A DNA stretch of 63,999 nt, counting the filler, from Stramenopiles sp. TOSAG23-6 (Eukaryota): assembly GCA_900128565.1 (NCBI GenBank). It is 6 parts of 6 records of this genome, joined end to end, with 100 filler letters (N's around TTAATTAATTAA, not from the genome) between each part and the next. Parts side by side here need not be neighbours in the genome. Positions count along the whole stretch, not along the records: positions 21,690 to 32,427 come from LT636295.1; positions 32,528 to 43,181 come from LT636296.1; 4 more parts are not named here. One strand, given 5' to 3'. Made by a program: the position numbers and the translations under genes. The number at the start of each line of letters is the position of its first letter. Position 1 is the stretch's first letter. The notes beneath the pieces are model-generated. The model was not told where the DNA came from. It did not search any database and was given only the letters and a program-made list of their open reading frames with translations. This document shows, one piece after another, positions 25,258 through 37,300 of the stretch.

Positions 25258-28200
25258 TTATTTTTCTGTTTCGTCTGTCGTATCTTTTGGTACTTCAGTA
25301 AGCTCTTTTGACCCTTCAGTCTCTTTGGTCTCTTCAATTTCTTTGGGCTTTTCAGTCTTTTTAGGATTTTCACGTGGTGGTCGTTTTGTCTCCAGTTTTT
25401 CAGGGTTGATGGTTTCTAACAATGCTGTTGGTACATCTTTAAAGAATTTGCTATGTGGCTTCAATTTCCTAAATATAATTACCGCGGTTCGGACAATATC
25501 GATATCCTTTTCTTTGGCGGATGCATCAAGGTTTTTGAAATCAATCTTAAGCTCGGGTGGAGCCCATTCTTCATTTCTTTTTAACCATTCTTTGTGTTGT
25601 AATTCAGCACCCTCCATAAGAAATTCGGCCTCATACGTTCGGAATGAAGCCTCGGATTCTTCGATATGGTCGCAAGCAACACGAGCAGAGGCAATATTTT
25701 CTGTTTGGAATTGCGAAGGCAAATCAGCGAAATCTAAATTGGCAATATCGTATTCTTCATCATTAGCTGTTTTGATACTTGGTTCATATGTACCATCGCC
25801 TCGAAGACGCAATTCTCTCCACTTCTCATGTAACTGCGTTGCGACCTTTTTCATAAACTCTGTCTCTGGTTCCATGCCAGTTGTGATATCTTTGACTATT
25901 TCTTCAAGGTCGATTTGCATGTCATACACAAAGTCATCAAGATGTTTTTTATAAACTGGATCAAAGTATTTTTCAGCATATACTAGTTGGCAGATATCTT
26001 CCTCGAATAAAAACATTTCCCGAAGGACTTTCCATTCTTTGTCTGTATTCTGTTCTTCAATCATTTGTTCCATCGCTTCTTCTACTTTCCAATGGAACCA
26101 CTCACCTTTTTTGGCATTCAAATGAAGGTTTTCAATTCGATTTCGCACCAGTTTTGCGTTTTCTACATCATCTTTTGAAATTCCTGCCTCCATACGATGA
26201 GGCCAAACCTTTTTTATTACCATGTACAAAACACTTGCAAATACTTTTAAGTTATTGATGATTTGTTCAGATTTACCATGTATATCTTTATGTGCTAATC
26301 CTACCTCCCACGGTGTCAAAATGATATGCGGAATTAATATACGCACAAATATTAAATTTAATATCATCAAATTTCGCCGAGTAAATTCAGGATTGTGCTC
26401 TCCTGCTTCAAATTTACGGAGTTCACGCTTCTGTCTTCTTTTTTTAATTTTGAGATCCAATTCCTGCTTTTTTTTTGCGATTTCTAAATTTGCTTTCTCC
26501 ACTATTATTTCTTCGGAAATCTTTTTCTCGCAATTCGCAATGATCAATTCTGATTTCTTGACAATTTCCTCAGCCTTTTTAAGCTTCTTTTCATTTTGCT
26601 TTCTTTTTTTCAGTTTGTTTTTTTTACGTTTCACTTCTTCTTTGTCATCATCGCTGTCAATTTCATCGCTACTATGGGCTTCAAGTTTCTTTTCCAATTG
26701 GCGAATTTCACTCTGTGCCATGTCAACTTTGTTTTGTGCAAGGCGCATATCTTTTCGCGCACGCCGATGACGTACAGTTTTGATTAGCCCAGAACCATCA
26801 TCTGTAGAAGAAGCATCGCTGTCATCACTATCTCCCCGACGCTTTTTCTTTTTTTTCTTCCTTTTCCCATCATCAGAGCTATCATCATCAGAACTATCAT
26901 CACTACTACTATCTTTCTTCTTCTTTTTTTTCTTTTTCTTCTTCTTTTTATCGTCATCATCACTATCATCGTCGCTATCATCCTTCTTTTTCTTATTTTT
27001 TTTCTTCTTATTTTTCTTCTTCTTCTTCTTATCATCATCACTATCATCGCTATCATCACTATCATCTTTCTTTTTCTTATTTTTTTTCTTCTTATTTTTC
27101 TTCTTCTTCTTATCATCATCACTATCATCACTATCATCACTATCATCCTTCTTTTTCTTATTTGTTTTCTTCTTATTTTTCTTCTTCTGCTTCTTATCAT
27201 CATCACTATCACTATCACTATCACTGCTATCATCCTTCTTTTTCTTATTTTTCTTCTTATTTGTTTTCTTCTTATTTTTACCCTTAACAGAGTTATCATT
27301 TCTTTTCTTGCTATTTTTCTTTGAAACGGGTTTCTTTTTTTTCTTTTTCAATTCGGTAGAAGAATCATCACTGTCATCACTATCATCACTATCCTTATTC
27401 TTTTTCTTCTTTTTCTTTCTAGGAGAATCATCCATCTTATTTTTCTTCTTTTTATTACCAAACTTCATCATACTAAATCTTCCTTTCTTATTACCATCAT
27501 TATTACTATTGTCATCCGAATCGCCTTCATCACCGGCTTCTTCTGCTTTGGCAATCTTTTTTAAGCCTTTCTTCTTCTTCCTTGCAAGTTTCTTGGCTTG
27601 AAGCTCTCGACGTTTTTCTTGATTTAATTTATATCTTTCTAATATTTCCTTTGCATCTTGATCTTCATCATCTACACCATCACCATCTATATCTTCAACA
27701 TTCAACTTATGGCAATTAGCAGGCGGCATTTGAAATACTCTTCCACGCATATTTTTAGTCTTTCCAAAATCATTAAAATGGTACGTTTCAATTTCGTGAT
27801 CGAATAGCATTTGGTGAGGAAAATAGATGCCATCAGCAGATAATCTACGAAGAAAAAGCTCTACGGGTACTGGCATTTTCCGGCGACCGTCAATAATTGC
27901 CTTGAAACATTTTAAAAGACCCTGCACACGAACTTTAAGCTGTGTCATACTTCGCGCCTCAAGAATTTGTTTTTTATTCGTTTTTTTCTCACCCTTTGTT
28001 TTGGACATAAAACCCATACCTGGAATTTTAATGTTTTGAGCAACTGCAAGATTTAGTTTTCGATTATTCAATATGCTAAGCAATGGAACTTTGACAAGAC
28101 CAACAAGCCATCGACGACATACTTCGTAAAATAAATGAAGCATTTGCGCGTGAGATTTACTTTGTTTCTCCCATTTCGTCAAGCCTTTGACAATACGAGT

Positions 28201-30039
28201 TCGACATAGCGACGTCATAAATGTAACTGCTAATATACAACTGCGGAAAAGAGCCTTCCCTTTCATTATTTTCTCATCAGGAATTGCTTCTCTTTTAACA
28301 CCTTGTAATTTCCAACGCCATAATGGTTTTGTTAAATCTGTGACAGAAACATTAGCTTGTTCCATTCGCTTGATTAATAATTCCTTTTGTTTCTCTCGCT
28401 GAGTTCGCTCCTTTGCATCTTCATCTTCACTATCATCTGACGTGTTTTCTCTTTGTATCCTTTCATCTTCAATTTCTTTCAATCGCTTTTCCTCAGCTTC
28501 ATATTTTGCTACGGCTTTTTTGTATTTTTCATCAATTTCTTCCTTCTTCTTGATTGTCTCTTCATGCTCTTGTATTGTTTCTTCATGAACTTCTGCAACT
28601 TCAGCATTATGAGGAATCTGCTTCTTTAGTTTCATTTCTAATTTTTCGCGTTCATCCGCTTCATCTTCCGTTAAAATTTTCGCTTTCATTCGTTCAAGAC
28701 CTTTATCTAAACGAATGAGTCTCGCTTTTCCATCTTCTACTCGCTTGTTTAAATCTGCCTCTTCTTTAGTAACATCATCCAATTCTGCTTTATACTCTTC
28801 TATTTCTTCTTTGAGAACTTTCATATCTATATCACTTTCTTCTTCTGAAAGTGAACTAATTTCCTGCTCTTGCATCCAATCTTTGACGTCTTTAAGGTCT
28901 TTAGCAGCTTTAAAGGTTTTCAGTGCAGTCATATTTTCCCGCATTGTTTCTTTCTTTGCTTCTTCCAAGGCAGTTTGTTTCGCCTGGGCAAATGGATCCG
29001 GACCATCTCTTTTTTCCTCCTCATCGNTTTCTTTTTCATCTTCATCGCCATTTTTATTTGTAGGGGTGCGCGGAAGGTCTCTGTGTGTCGCAAATGGATC
29101 CACTGGTTCAGGAGGTGTTCGTAATAGTTCACGCTGAATACCAAATGGATCCGTTTCTTCTTTTTGATCAGGTGCTTGACCTGGTGCTTGACCTGGTGCT
29201 TGACCTGGTGCTTGGCCTGGCGCTTGGCCTGGCGCTTGGCCTGGTGCTTGGCCTGGTGCTTGACCCTGCATACGTGTTTGGTCATTTGATAGCTGAGTAC
29301 CAGTACCAACGCGCTCACCATTATTCAAAAAATGTGGCTGTTGATGTTGATATTGTGGCTTCTGTTGTGGGGCGGTAAATGGATCAACATTGATACCATG
29401 ATCAACTAACATATTTTGTTGATGTACTCGTTGATGAAAACTAGGCGGAGGCGCTGGAAGTGCAGCACCTTGAGACTGTGCACCGATACATGATTGTAAA
29501 TGTTCTGTTTGCTCCGCAAGTGCATCAATTTTTGCATGGAGTTTTGCACTAGTAGCATCTCTTTTCGAGGGAACACGTTCATCTTTAAGCGACTTCATGT
29601 GATTTAAAAGTGCGCTTCTACGACGTTTGAGCTCATCTTTTTCTCGTCGCAAACGCTGTCGCTGAACATCACGTTGTATCCTTAATTTTGTATAATGAGA
29701 GTATTGACTCTGTGCTTTTTTTGAAGGTTTTGGATGGTTGGATATTGGTGAAGCACCAGCCCAATTTTGACCACTATTTATATTCTGAAAAGTTCCAGGA
29801 GAATTAAAACCCATTCCACCGGGTTGTCCCAGATTTCCATACATATTCGGTGACATAGACATGTTTCCAAAGTTACTAGGATTGTAGCTTCCCATAGGTG
29901 AATAGTTGAGACCAGTCGAACCCAAAAAAGGGTTATAATTTACATTCGGAGTGCTACTTGTTTCTTGAGTGTTTCTGTTATTGGTACCAAGACCATTGTT
30001 TACTCTATAAGGGAAACTGTTTTGGCTATCGTGTGCCAT
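25258..30039 (-). CDS. 1593-aa low-complexity protein with C-terminal RyR-repeat-like domain
   Basis: Long intronless ORF; GQAP repeats; poly-K and D/S blocks; LHEKW…F.DLP and HKEWL…F.NL…KEKD motifs. Confidence 0.75.
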   Translation of the reverse strand: MAHDSQNSFPYRVNNGLGTNNRNTQETSSTPNVNYNPFLGSTGLNYSPMGSYNPSNFGNMSMSPNMYGNLGQPGGMGFNSPGTFQNINSGQNWAGASPISNHPKPSKKAQSQYSHYTKLRIQRDVQRQRLRREKDELKRRRSALLNHMKSLKDERVPSKRDATSAKLHAKIDALAEQTEHLQSCIGAQSQGAALPAPPPSFHQRVHQQNMLVDHGINVDPFTAPQQKPQYQHQQPHFLNNGERVGTGTQLSNDQTRMQGQAPGQAPGQAPGQAPGQAPGQAPGQAPGQAPDQKEETDPFGIQRELLRTPPEPVDPFATHRDLPRTPTNKNGDEDEKEXDEEEKRDGPDPFAQAKQTALEEAKKETMRENMTALKTFKAAKDLKDVKDWMQEQEISSLSEEESDIDMKVLKEEIEEYKAELDDVTKEEADLNKRVEDGKARLIRLDKGLERMKAKILTEDEADEREKLEMKLKKQIPHNAEVAEVHEETIQEHEETIKKKEEIDEKYKKAVAKYEAEEKRLKEIEDERIQRENTSDDSEDEDAKERTQREKQKELLIKRMEQANVSVTDLTKPLWRWKLQGVKREAIPDEKIMKGKALFRSCILAVTFMTSLCRTRIVKGLTKWEKQSKSHAQMLHLFYEVCRRWLVGLVKVPLLSILNNRKLNLAVAQNIKIPGMGFMSKTKGEKKTNKKQILEARSMTQLKVRVQGLLKCFKAIIDGRRKMPVPVELFLRRLSADGIYFPHQMLFDHEIETYHFNDFGKTKNMRGRVFQMPPANCHKLNVEDIDGDGVDDEDQDAKEILERYKLNQEKRRELQAKKLARKKKKGLKKIAKAEEAGDEGDSDDNSNNDGNKKGRFSMMKFGNKKKKNKMDDSPRKKKKKKNKDSDDSDDSDDSSTELKKKKKKPVSKKNSKKRNDNSVKGKNKKKTNKKKNKKKKDDSSDSDSDSDDDKKQKKKNKKKTNKKKKDDSDDSDDSDDDKKKKKNKKKKNKKKKDDSDDSDDSDDDKKKKKKNKKKKNKKKKDDSDDDSDDDDKKKKKKKKKKKKDSSSDDSSDDDSSDDGKRKKKKKKRRGDSDDSDASSTDDGSGLIKTVRHRRARKDMRLAQNKVDMAQSEIRQLEKKLEAHSSDEIDSDDDKEEVKRKKNKLKKRKQNEKKLKKAEEIVKKSELIIANCEKKISEEIIVEKANLEIAKKKQELDLKIKKRRQKRELRKFEAGEHNPEFTRRNLMILNLIFVRILIPHIILTPWEVGLAHKDIHGKSEQIINNLKVFASVLYMVIKKVWPHRMEAGISKDDVENAKLVRNRIENLHLNAKKGEWFHWKVEEAMEQMIEEQNTDKEWKVLREMFLFEEDICQLVYAEKYFDPVYKKHLDDFVYDMQIDLEEIVKDITTGMEPETEFMKKVATQLHEKWRELRLRGDGTYEPSIKTANDEEYDIANLDFADLPSQFQTENIASARVACDHIEESEASFRTYEAEFLMEGAELQHKEWLKRNEEWAPPELKIDFKNLDASAKEKDIDIVRTAVIIFRKLKPHSKFFKDVPTALLETINPEKLETKRPPRENPKKTEKPKEIEETKETEGSKELTEVPKDTTDETEK
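26820..27460 (-). repeat. Alternating poly-Lys and Asp/Ser coding repeats
   Basis: KKKKNKKKKDDSDDSDDSDDD blocks repeated several times. Confidence 0.85.
29168..29266 (-). repeat. 12-bp tandem repeat encoding (GQAP)x8
   Basis: cctggtgcttga/cctggcgcttgg units. Confidence 0.9.
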
Positions 30040-30303
30040 TATAGAGAATACTAAAAACTAAAAAGATATTTGAAATTCATTTGAAACCAGTAGTGATATT
30101 TTTATCAAGTTGTTGAAATCCTAAAGACTTGAACGTTAAGTCTTTTGTGTGAATGGTTTTTGACAGTTACTGTTAGAATATAAACAGGTTTGTTCCACAT
30201 TTTGGAAAGAAAAAAAGAAATCTCCAGGGCGCAGTTGCAAACCAGGCTATATACTATATAATCATTAAAATTGTAACAAAAATTCATAATAAAAATTTCA
30301 ATT

Positions 30304-32427
30304 TTAATCAATCTCAATTATAACGTTCGAAACTTGGTTAGAGCTGTTATTCCCGATATTCCCACTATCAGAAATATTTTCAACATTTGGTTGTTTAGGG
30401 TTAGGGTTATTCCCACTATCAGAAATATTTTCAACATTTCGTTGTTTCTCTATCTCTGAACGCTTGAACAATAATCTAAGTGGTTTTAGAACAGCACATG
30501 CAAATGGTGGGGGGAACATATTACCAACTAATTTATGGCAATCTGCAATAGCTGTAGATATAGATGTACTTTGGGGACTAGGAACGAATACATGTATTGT
30601 GAAAAAACACGAAATCAAAAAAAATCGTTAGGTACAATATTTCGTATGAAAAATAAATAAATTTGAAATTGAAAAAAAAATAAAACATACATGAGTATCA
30701 GGAACACCTTGGATTGAGGCTCGTTCACGAATTGTTAAAGGTCGTCCACTTGAATAATGAGCATTTTTCTGTTGACAAATAATTGTTGGAGAAATATCAT
30801 CCTTATCGAGTCGTTTTTGAAATCGTTTCATATTAGACCATAGGATATGATTCATCACACCATTCTGTGATGATACATTTGGTCTTAAATATTTAGTATA
30901 TGTAGAGGCATTTTCACAGTTTGTATACGGAGTAACTAAAGTATAGATTTTTTTAATATCATCTATACATTTTGTACTTAAATTTCGCTCTCTATAAAAT
31001 CTAAGAGGATTCCCAAGCCCAGAAAATGCATCTTTCAAAGTTAGAGCTGGTAGAAGTGTACTCCACTCTTCATTATCAGCTTCTGAACGATGATCTTTAC
31101 ATTTTGTTGCAATGTGAATTGAACAACTCTGTGCAGAAAATGTCTGCGCATCCATTGCTTGTAATTGTTTTCTATTAGTAAATCTAGGCTTATATTTATC
31201 AGGATGTTTATGTGTCATCAATGGAGATTTTGGCTGTGGCCAACCTATAGCAGCAGCAAACACAACAACACGTATTCTACTTTGCGGAATACCAAAATTA
31301 CAAGCTTGCATTTGTTTGGTATAGACTTGATATCCTAAATTCCATAACTTGACAGTAATATCAATGTATTTTGGAAAAATATTTCAAAAAAAAATTAAAA
31401 AATTTGTTTGGTACAAAATTATCAAAAAAAAAAAATTCGAAATTAAAAAAAAATAAAACATACATAATCAATGAAGCAGATTTGTCACTGTTTGTTCCTT
31501 GACTTCCCATAATTCCAGAAACATTTTCAATTACAACATAACTAGGACGAAATCGAGCAATACCATCAATAAAATTATCCTTGTATATACAACATCGAGG
31601 ATCATTGATACTTCTACCCTGTTTTGTGAAAAAATATTTCAAAAAAAAATCATTAGGTACAAAATTCCGTACGAAAAAAAAATTCGATTTTTTTGTTGAA
31701 AAAAAAATAAAACATACATTACCAAAGTGTCCTGTTGTATTTGCAACACTCGCTCCTTGACATGGTGGGCCAGCAACGAGAACTGCATATGTTACTTCAC
31801 CAGTCTTTGGAAAATATTTAGAGATACAATTATCATTTTTAATTTTGTGGATTATAGAGTTCATATCCTTTGTTACGTCTAATTTACATATTGTTGAATC
31901 TTTAAAATTGTATTGACTAGTAGCAACTGCAGCATCCCAACTATCAATCGCAAATTTGACATTAAAACCAGCTTGTTTAGCACCAAGTGAAAATCCACCA
32001 GCACCACAAAAAAAATCCATCACATATGGCGGATTCATATCCTTAACTTTATCATAAAAATTTTCTCGTGGTCGCCAAGAATTACCATATAAAAGTGGAA
32101 CTTTCATTACATTATAACAATCAGAATTATTATATAAATGTGGACGATCTTCGCGTCTGAGACAACAAATACCATGTTGGGTCTCAAATGAAGGATCTTT
32201 TAAAGAGTGATCGCTATCAGCTGAATATTCTAATCTATATCGAAAGACATCCGCGTCAGACGATGATAGTTTGGATTGTGCATTACACGAATCGACCCAT
32301 GTACTGTGAATTTTTTTTAAAAATATTTGTTAGGTACAAAATTAACTACAAAAAAAAATTGTGAAAAAAAAAATTCAAAATTCTTTTTTTTTTTTTGAAA
32401 ACGTACATTCCTCATACGTACCAGAAA
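30304..32427 (-). CDS. DNA (cytosine-5) methyltransferase (5' truncated)
   Basis: Exons 32427-32407, 32298-31718, 31618-31464, 31363-30691, 30591-30304. Motifs DFFCGAGG, GPPCQG, ENV, GYQ…FGIPQSRIR, LTIRERASIQGVPD, LVGN. Confidence 0.88.
30592..30690 (-). mobile_element. Introner-like intron 19, GT-AT, 99 nt
   Basis: Gives QGVPDTH|VF. Confidence 0.85.
31364..31463 (-). mobile_element. Introner-like intron 20, GT-AT, 100 nt
   Basis: at|GTATGT…AATACAT|t; branch-like motif reads CCAAAC. Confidence 0.85.
31619..31717 (-). mobile_element. Introner-like intron 21, GT-AG, 99 nt
   Basis: at|GTATGT…CCTAAT…AAACAG|ggt. Confidence 0.88.
32299..32406 (-). mobile_element. Introner-like intron 22, GT-AT, 108 nt
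   Basis: at|GTACGT…CCTAAC…CAGTACAT|gg. Confidence 0.8.
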
Positions 32428-32527
32428 NNNNNNNNNNNNNNNNNNNNNNNNNNNNNNNNNNNNNNNNNNNNTTAATTAATTAANNNNNNNNNNNNNNNNN
32501 NNNNNNNNNNNNNNNNNNNNNNNNNNN
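32428..32527. other. Artificial contig linker
   Basis: TTAATTAATTAA at 32472-32483. Confidence 0.97.
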
Positions 32528-32581
32528 TACGAAATTTCGTATGAAAAAAAAATTTAAATTAGAAATTCATATAAAACATAC
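32528..32581 (-). mobile_element. Introner-like intron 23 (5' part)
   Basis: gt|GTATGT…; contig ends inside. Confidence 0.8.
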
Positions 32582-34004
32582 ACAAATAGATGTTGATAAC
32601 ATTAATTTCATAAATTGTTCAATATCATATTTCTCTAATTTATCTGGCTTTTTTTGTGTATACACAAATGATGGTAAATATGAAGTAAATCCACTTGGAG
32701 GTGGACAAAATGTTGTGAAAAACTTTTGATACGTTTCAGGGTATTTTTCAAGTAATTCTTCATCGGCTTTCTGTATTGTGGAAAATATTTTTTTTTTACC
32801 GAAAAAAAAAATCGTTAGGTACAAAATTTCGTACCAAAAAAAAATAAATTTGAAATTCATAATGAAAACGTACATCAACAATATCTTTAGCTGTAGCATA
32901 TTCATATCGCGTAAGAGGAAACATACTAGACAATGATCTAGCATCTTTATATTCAGTGAAACATCGATTCCATGGAATCATTTTTGTTTTTAATAAAAAG
33001 TCAATTGCTTTTTCCATTGACTCTTTAGATATAAAATCATCTTTTTCCATTGACTCTTTAGATATAAAATTATTCTCTTGATTCATCTCTTCTTCATTAA
33101 CTATGACACCATCAGTCGTATCATCATTTGTATCATCATCAATTACTGTACCTTCGATATCACTAAATAACTTAAAAATACTTTCAAGTCTTTCTACCGC
33201 TGGACCGCTTACAACATGTAGTATGAAAAAATATTTTTTTTTTCGTAAAAAAATCGTTAGGTACAAAATTTGGTACGAAAAAATAAAATTTGAAATTCAT
33301 GATGAAAAACATACAGATGATAAAAGAACTAGAAGTAAAACGACATTTAGTTTTTCTTCTGATGTTTTCTGATCTTTCATATCTTTGTGTTCAACTCCAC
33401 GTTCTAAAAAGCGAATGTTTCTCTCTATAATATGACCAGCTTTTATACCAGTTGGGAAAATATCGTCAAATTCAGTCATAATATAATGGAAAAACTCATG
33501 CGCTGTCGCCAGTCCATTAGATGTCTCAAATTTCGTTATAACAGATGCGGCAACACGGTCAAATTGATCAGTATTGAAATCATTCAATTCTTTTAGACTT
33601 TTCACTTCACTCGGTGCTAGCATACGTTTACTCCAGAATGTGTTTCGAAATATGTCCCTACGCTCAGATTCCTGGTTCTTTCTGTAAAACCAGTTTCCAA
33701 TAAGTCCAATGATGCCAAAGAAACCAAACATTCCCCAAGGCCAAGAAGACGGATCTACAAGGCGTTCACCCCATGTCGGCTCTTTTCCACTATTTTCAGC
33801 TGCTTTACTTGCAACTTGTTTTGAAGATGAACAAAGTCTAGCACGTACTGCAAAATATGGTTCTATATTGTATACAGATAAACGCGATGAGTCACGATAG
33901 AAATACGTGTGTCGTCTAGAAGCTTTCGTGATTCCAAGATGAACTTGTCGGAAATATCTCGTCATTACCGCTCGTGGAACAGCTCTACTCAAGAGATGCA
34001 TCAT
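32582..34004 (-). CDS. Hypothetical protein with mitochondrial-type presequence and one TM helix (3' truncated)
   Basis: Exons 34004-33315, 33215-32874, 32770-32582 in frame; Arg-rich, acid-poor N-terminus; TM MFGFFGIIGLIGNWFY. Confidence 0.7.
32771..32873 (-). mobile_element. Introner-like intron 24, GT-AG, 103 nt
   Basis: at|GTACGT…CCTAAC…AATACAG|aaa. Confidence 0.88.
33216..33314 (-). mobile_element. Introner-like intron 25, GT-AT, 99 nt
   Basis: ct|GTATGT…CCTAAC…CTACAT|gtt. Confidence 0.85.
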
Positions 34005-34343
34005 CTCAATTAAATATTATTCGTACTTAAAACTTTAAAAGTGTTAATTGCCTATGATATCACTTTATGCCGTGCTTTATCGGAAGTAGTAATATGCAAC
34101 CTTGTGTACGAAACGTGAACAACAAGGAAAAGCAAAGAATCGCGCTTAATACTATTTTGACTGACACGAAATCCGATTTTTTTTATCCGTTGAAGAAAAT
34201 TTACCGGAACTCAACTGTCGAAGATGAAACTTACTTTCTTCAGTTATTCTTATAAAATTCTCACGTCTCCGTTCTCTTCACTCAGAGTGTCTCCAGGGGG
34301 TACTACTGTACTAGGTATGGTATAAAGTGACACTCTTGTTGAA

Positions 34344-37300
34344 ATGGTGAGCTTGCAGTATATTTTTAGACTACTTTTCCTAATTGTATTGCCAGCAATA
34401 TCGCTGGGAATACAAAGTGAATCTAAATGTGTCGCAGCTCAACAGGACAAGGAATTCTATGGCTCGGAACAACTTATTCATTCACAAACTCTGGAGAATG
34501 CTGCAGCATGTTGCACACTTTGTTGGGAATATAGATTACGTAACTGCAGGTTGTGGTCATTTTCTCCAAGTGAATCAACTTGTTCTTTATTTACAGCATT
34601 TGCAAAACAAATGTCTACCCAAACTAATCGTAGAACTATATCAGGATTTCTATCTATTAATAGTGTCAACCATGCTTCAAATGTATCTCAAGATATAAAT
34701 TTAGACAAACTTGATACATTCTCATCAGGTGATTTCATAGTAAGTGCAATAGGATATGTATTTTGGATAGAGCGAATGACTCCACCAATGCTTCACATAA
34801 TTCCTTCTGCTGCAAATTTTGAGTTGCATGATTTACATTGGTCAAAACTTAAAGTTGTAGACGATTCTACTCTCCAAGTATTACTTTTGTATATAATAGG
34901 TAATCAAGCTAAAAATACGCTTTCAATTGAAGAACTGGTGAATTTTCTTCCATGGTTTCATTCGCCTCTTCTTCCTAGACGATCTCGGATGATTATTGGA
35001 AAACCAGTTGCGATTTTTTCAAATATGACTATTGATTTTGGTGGTGCGGCAACGGGTTCTTTTTCAGGTGATGGTTTTCATCTATCACGGGGTGTTCCAG
35101 GTTCAGTATCGTTATGGTTATGGCCTTGGGAAGACAATGGCAATCCTTCGCCATCAGGTGAAAGTAAAACAATAAAAGTTGTTGGTCGTTGTATTTTTCA
35201 AATGATTACAGAAAGTGGAAATAGTTCTACACATGATTTTCAGTTAGGTATATACATGGGTATAGCAAATAAAAACCTTGATACTACAAATCGATTATTT
35301 ATTGCAAATGAAATAGTTGGGCAATCATTGAAAGGCTGGTTTGTAGATATACCTTTAGTTGTTAGGCAGTGGAATCATGTTGTAATTAGCCATGGGACAT
35401 TTAACAATAATAACATGGTAAATGTTTATATTAATGGCGAAATTGCGCTTTCAAAAGCTCTTTTGAAACCGGGAAGAGCAAAGGTTGAATATGATCAATA
35501 TGGAAAGGGTGCAACGGGTGTCAATGAGAACGAAATTGTGCATAAAAAGGGGCTGCTGCTACGTGTCGAAAATACAAGTAATAATAATAATAGTATACAT
35601 ATGAAAGAGAATAACCCTGTATCAAATAGTGGTGTAAATGATAAAAATAGAACAAGTGAAGGGACAAGTTATTGGGGAGATAGGTTTCCATTTATCGTTG
35701 GAAAGCGTCCGAATTTTCCTGGAGCGCACATACTAGTTAGTCGTTTATGTATTCATCATAACTGGGCGATGAATCAAAAAGATGCAAAGATTGCATTTTC
35801 ATTAAAAGCGACTCTTGTAGAACCTTTACCAGAAACTCTTGTAAGAGCTGCTCGTATATCCACAAAAACTACAGCAGAATATGTGAAACAATCCATCAAT
35901 AATGAAAAAGTCTCAGCAGAAGCAAATGTGAAACAATCCCTCAATAGCGAAAAAAGTACATCAGAAGAAAATGATTCCATTGACGAAAACTTGTACTCTG
36001 GTGTACCTTCTTTGTTTGATATTGGTGTGTCCTTTGCTACAGGTCTACCTGGAGGAATATTGCAACTACGGAAGATTTTAGATTATTCTTCTGAGGGATT
36101 AGAAAAAAGTAAAAATGATTATTCATTAGACGCGCAGAGTGATGATAATTATATATATTCCTTTAATTCTTCAGAATGGAATAATATAGAAAAGAATGCT
36201 TCTTTATTTGAAAAGTTATCAGAGTCTAGACCAAAACATGTGAAGGAACCTATAGCATTTGTGATAGACTTTGGTCAAGGTTTTCAATTGAATACATTGG
36301 AAATAAGTTGGATTCGGAGTCCTGAAGAGTATTCTGTGATTGGTATCAAAGTTGACAATGATAAAGTAGATAGTACTAATAGTAAAGCAAAATACAATTT
36401 TGAAAATCCTCTGAATTTATTTGATATTGCACAAACCGGGGGAAAAGAGGAAATTGATATTTTTAATAACTTTCCAAAAATATATTTGCGATATGTTTAT
36501 ATATTAATTTCAAACGCAAAAGCACGAAACAACTTTAATGTAATTTTACGCAGTATAAGTTACCACTCGAGTCATGATGTTGCTGGTAACTCAAACAGAG
36601 TAACTGTAAATATGCCATTAAAGAACGATGATACAGAATCTAGAAAGCCAACAATACATGATCATCAATCAAATGTAAATGAAATGAGCATTCGTGTAAA
36701 GAATGAAATCACCAGTTCAATATTTTCGCCAAAAACAGGTACATCTTCGAATAATTTGTATGGAGGGCGTTTATCAGATCCAGATAATTTGGCAGAGATA
36801 TCTTACTTATTAGCTATATTAGCATCACCATATACTATTTCTAATATTTCTCTTCCACATAAAATAAATGTATTGCGTATACCAGATGTTCTTGATTGGA
36901 AGCCGGATCTGGCAGTGATTCCGCCAGGAGTGAGATCCTCAGAAGCTGCGGGACTTGCTCTTTCTCATAGACTTTTGAAAAGTTCATATAATATTTTATC
37001 CAAAAGCATTTTCAAACATGAAACAGATATAAATAACTACAATCAGAATAATTTCAAAACCAATTCATTTCATATGCATGATGAAATACAAGCAAAAATT
37101 GGAGTTTCTAAAATAAGTGGAGAAAATGAAGCAAGAATTGGAGTTTCAACATCTTCATGTTTTAGATTAGGATTTCAGTATACTGGTGAACCACAGCAAG
37201 TTCTCCATAACATTGAGTCTCATTTACGTTGTAGAGAAATGTGCCAGAGAAAGACAGGTTGTGCATATTTTGATTATATACAGATGCTTACTAGTAATGA

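Noticed and set aside
25151-27601. Plus-strand Phe/Ser/Leu-rich ORFs (also 42832-43233 and many short antisense ORFs)
   Set aside because: Antisense shadows of Lys/Glu/Asp/Gln-rich coding sequence.
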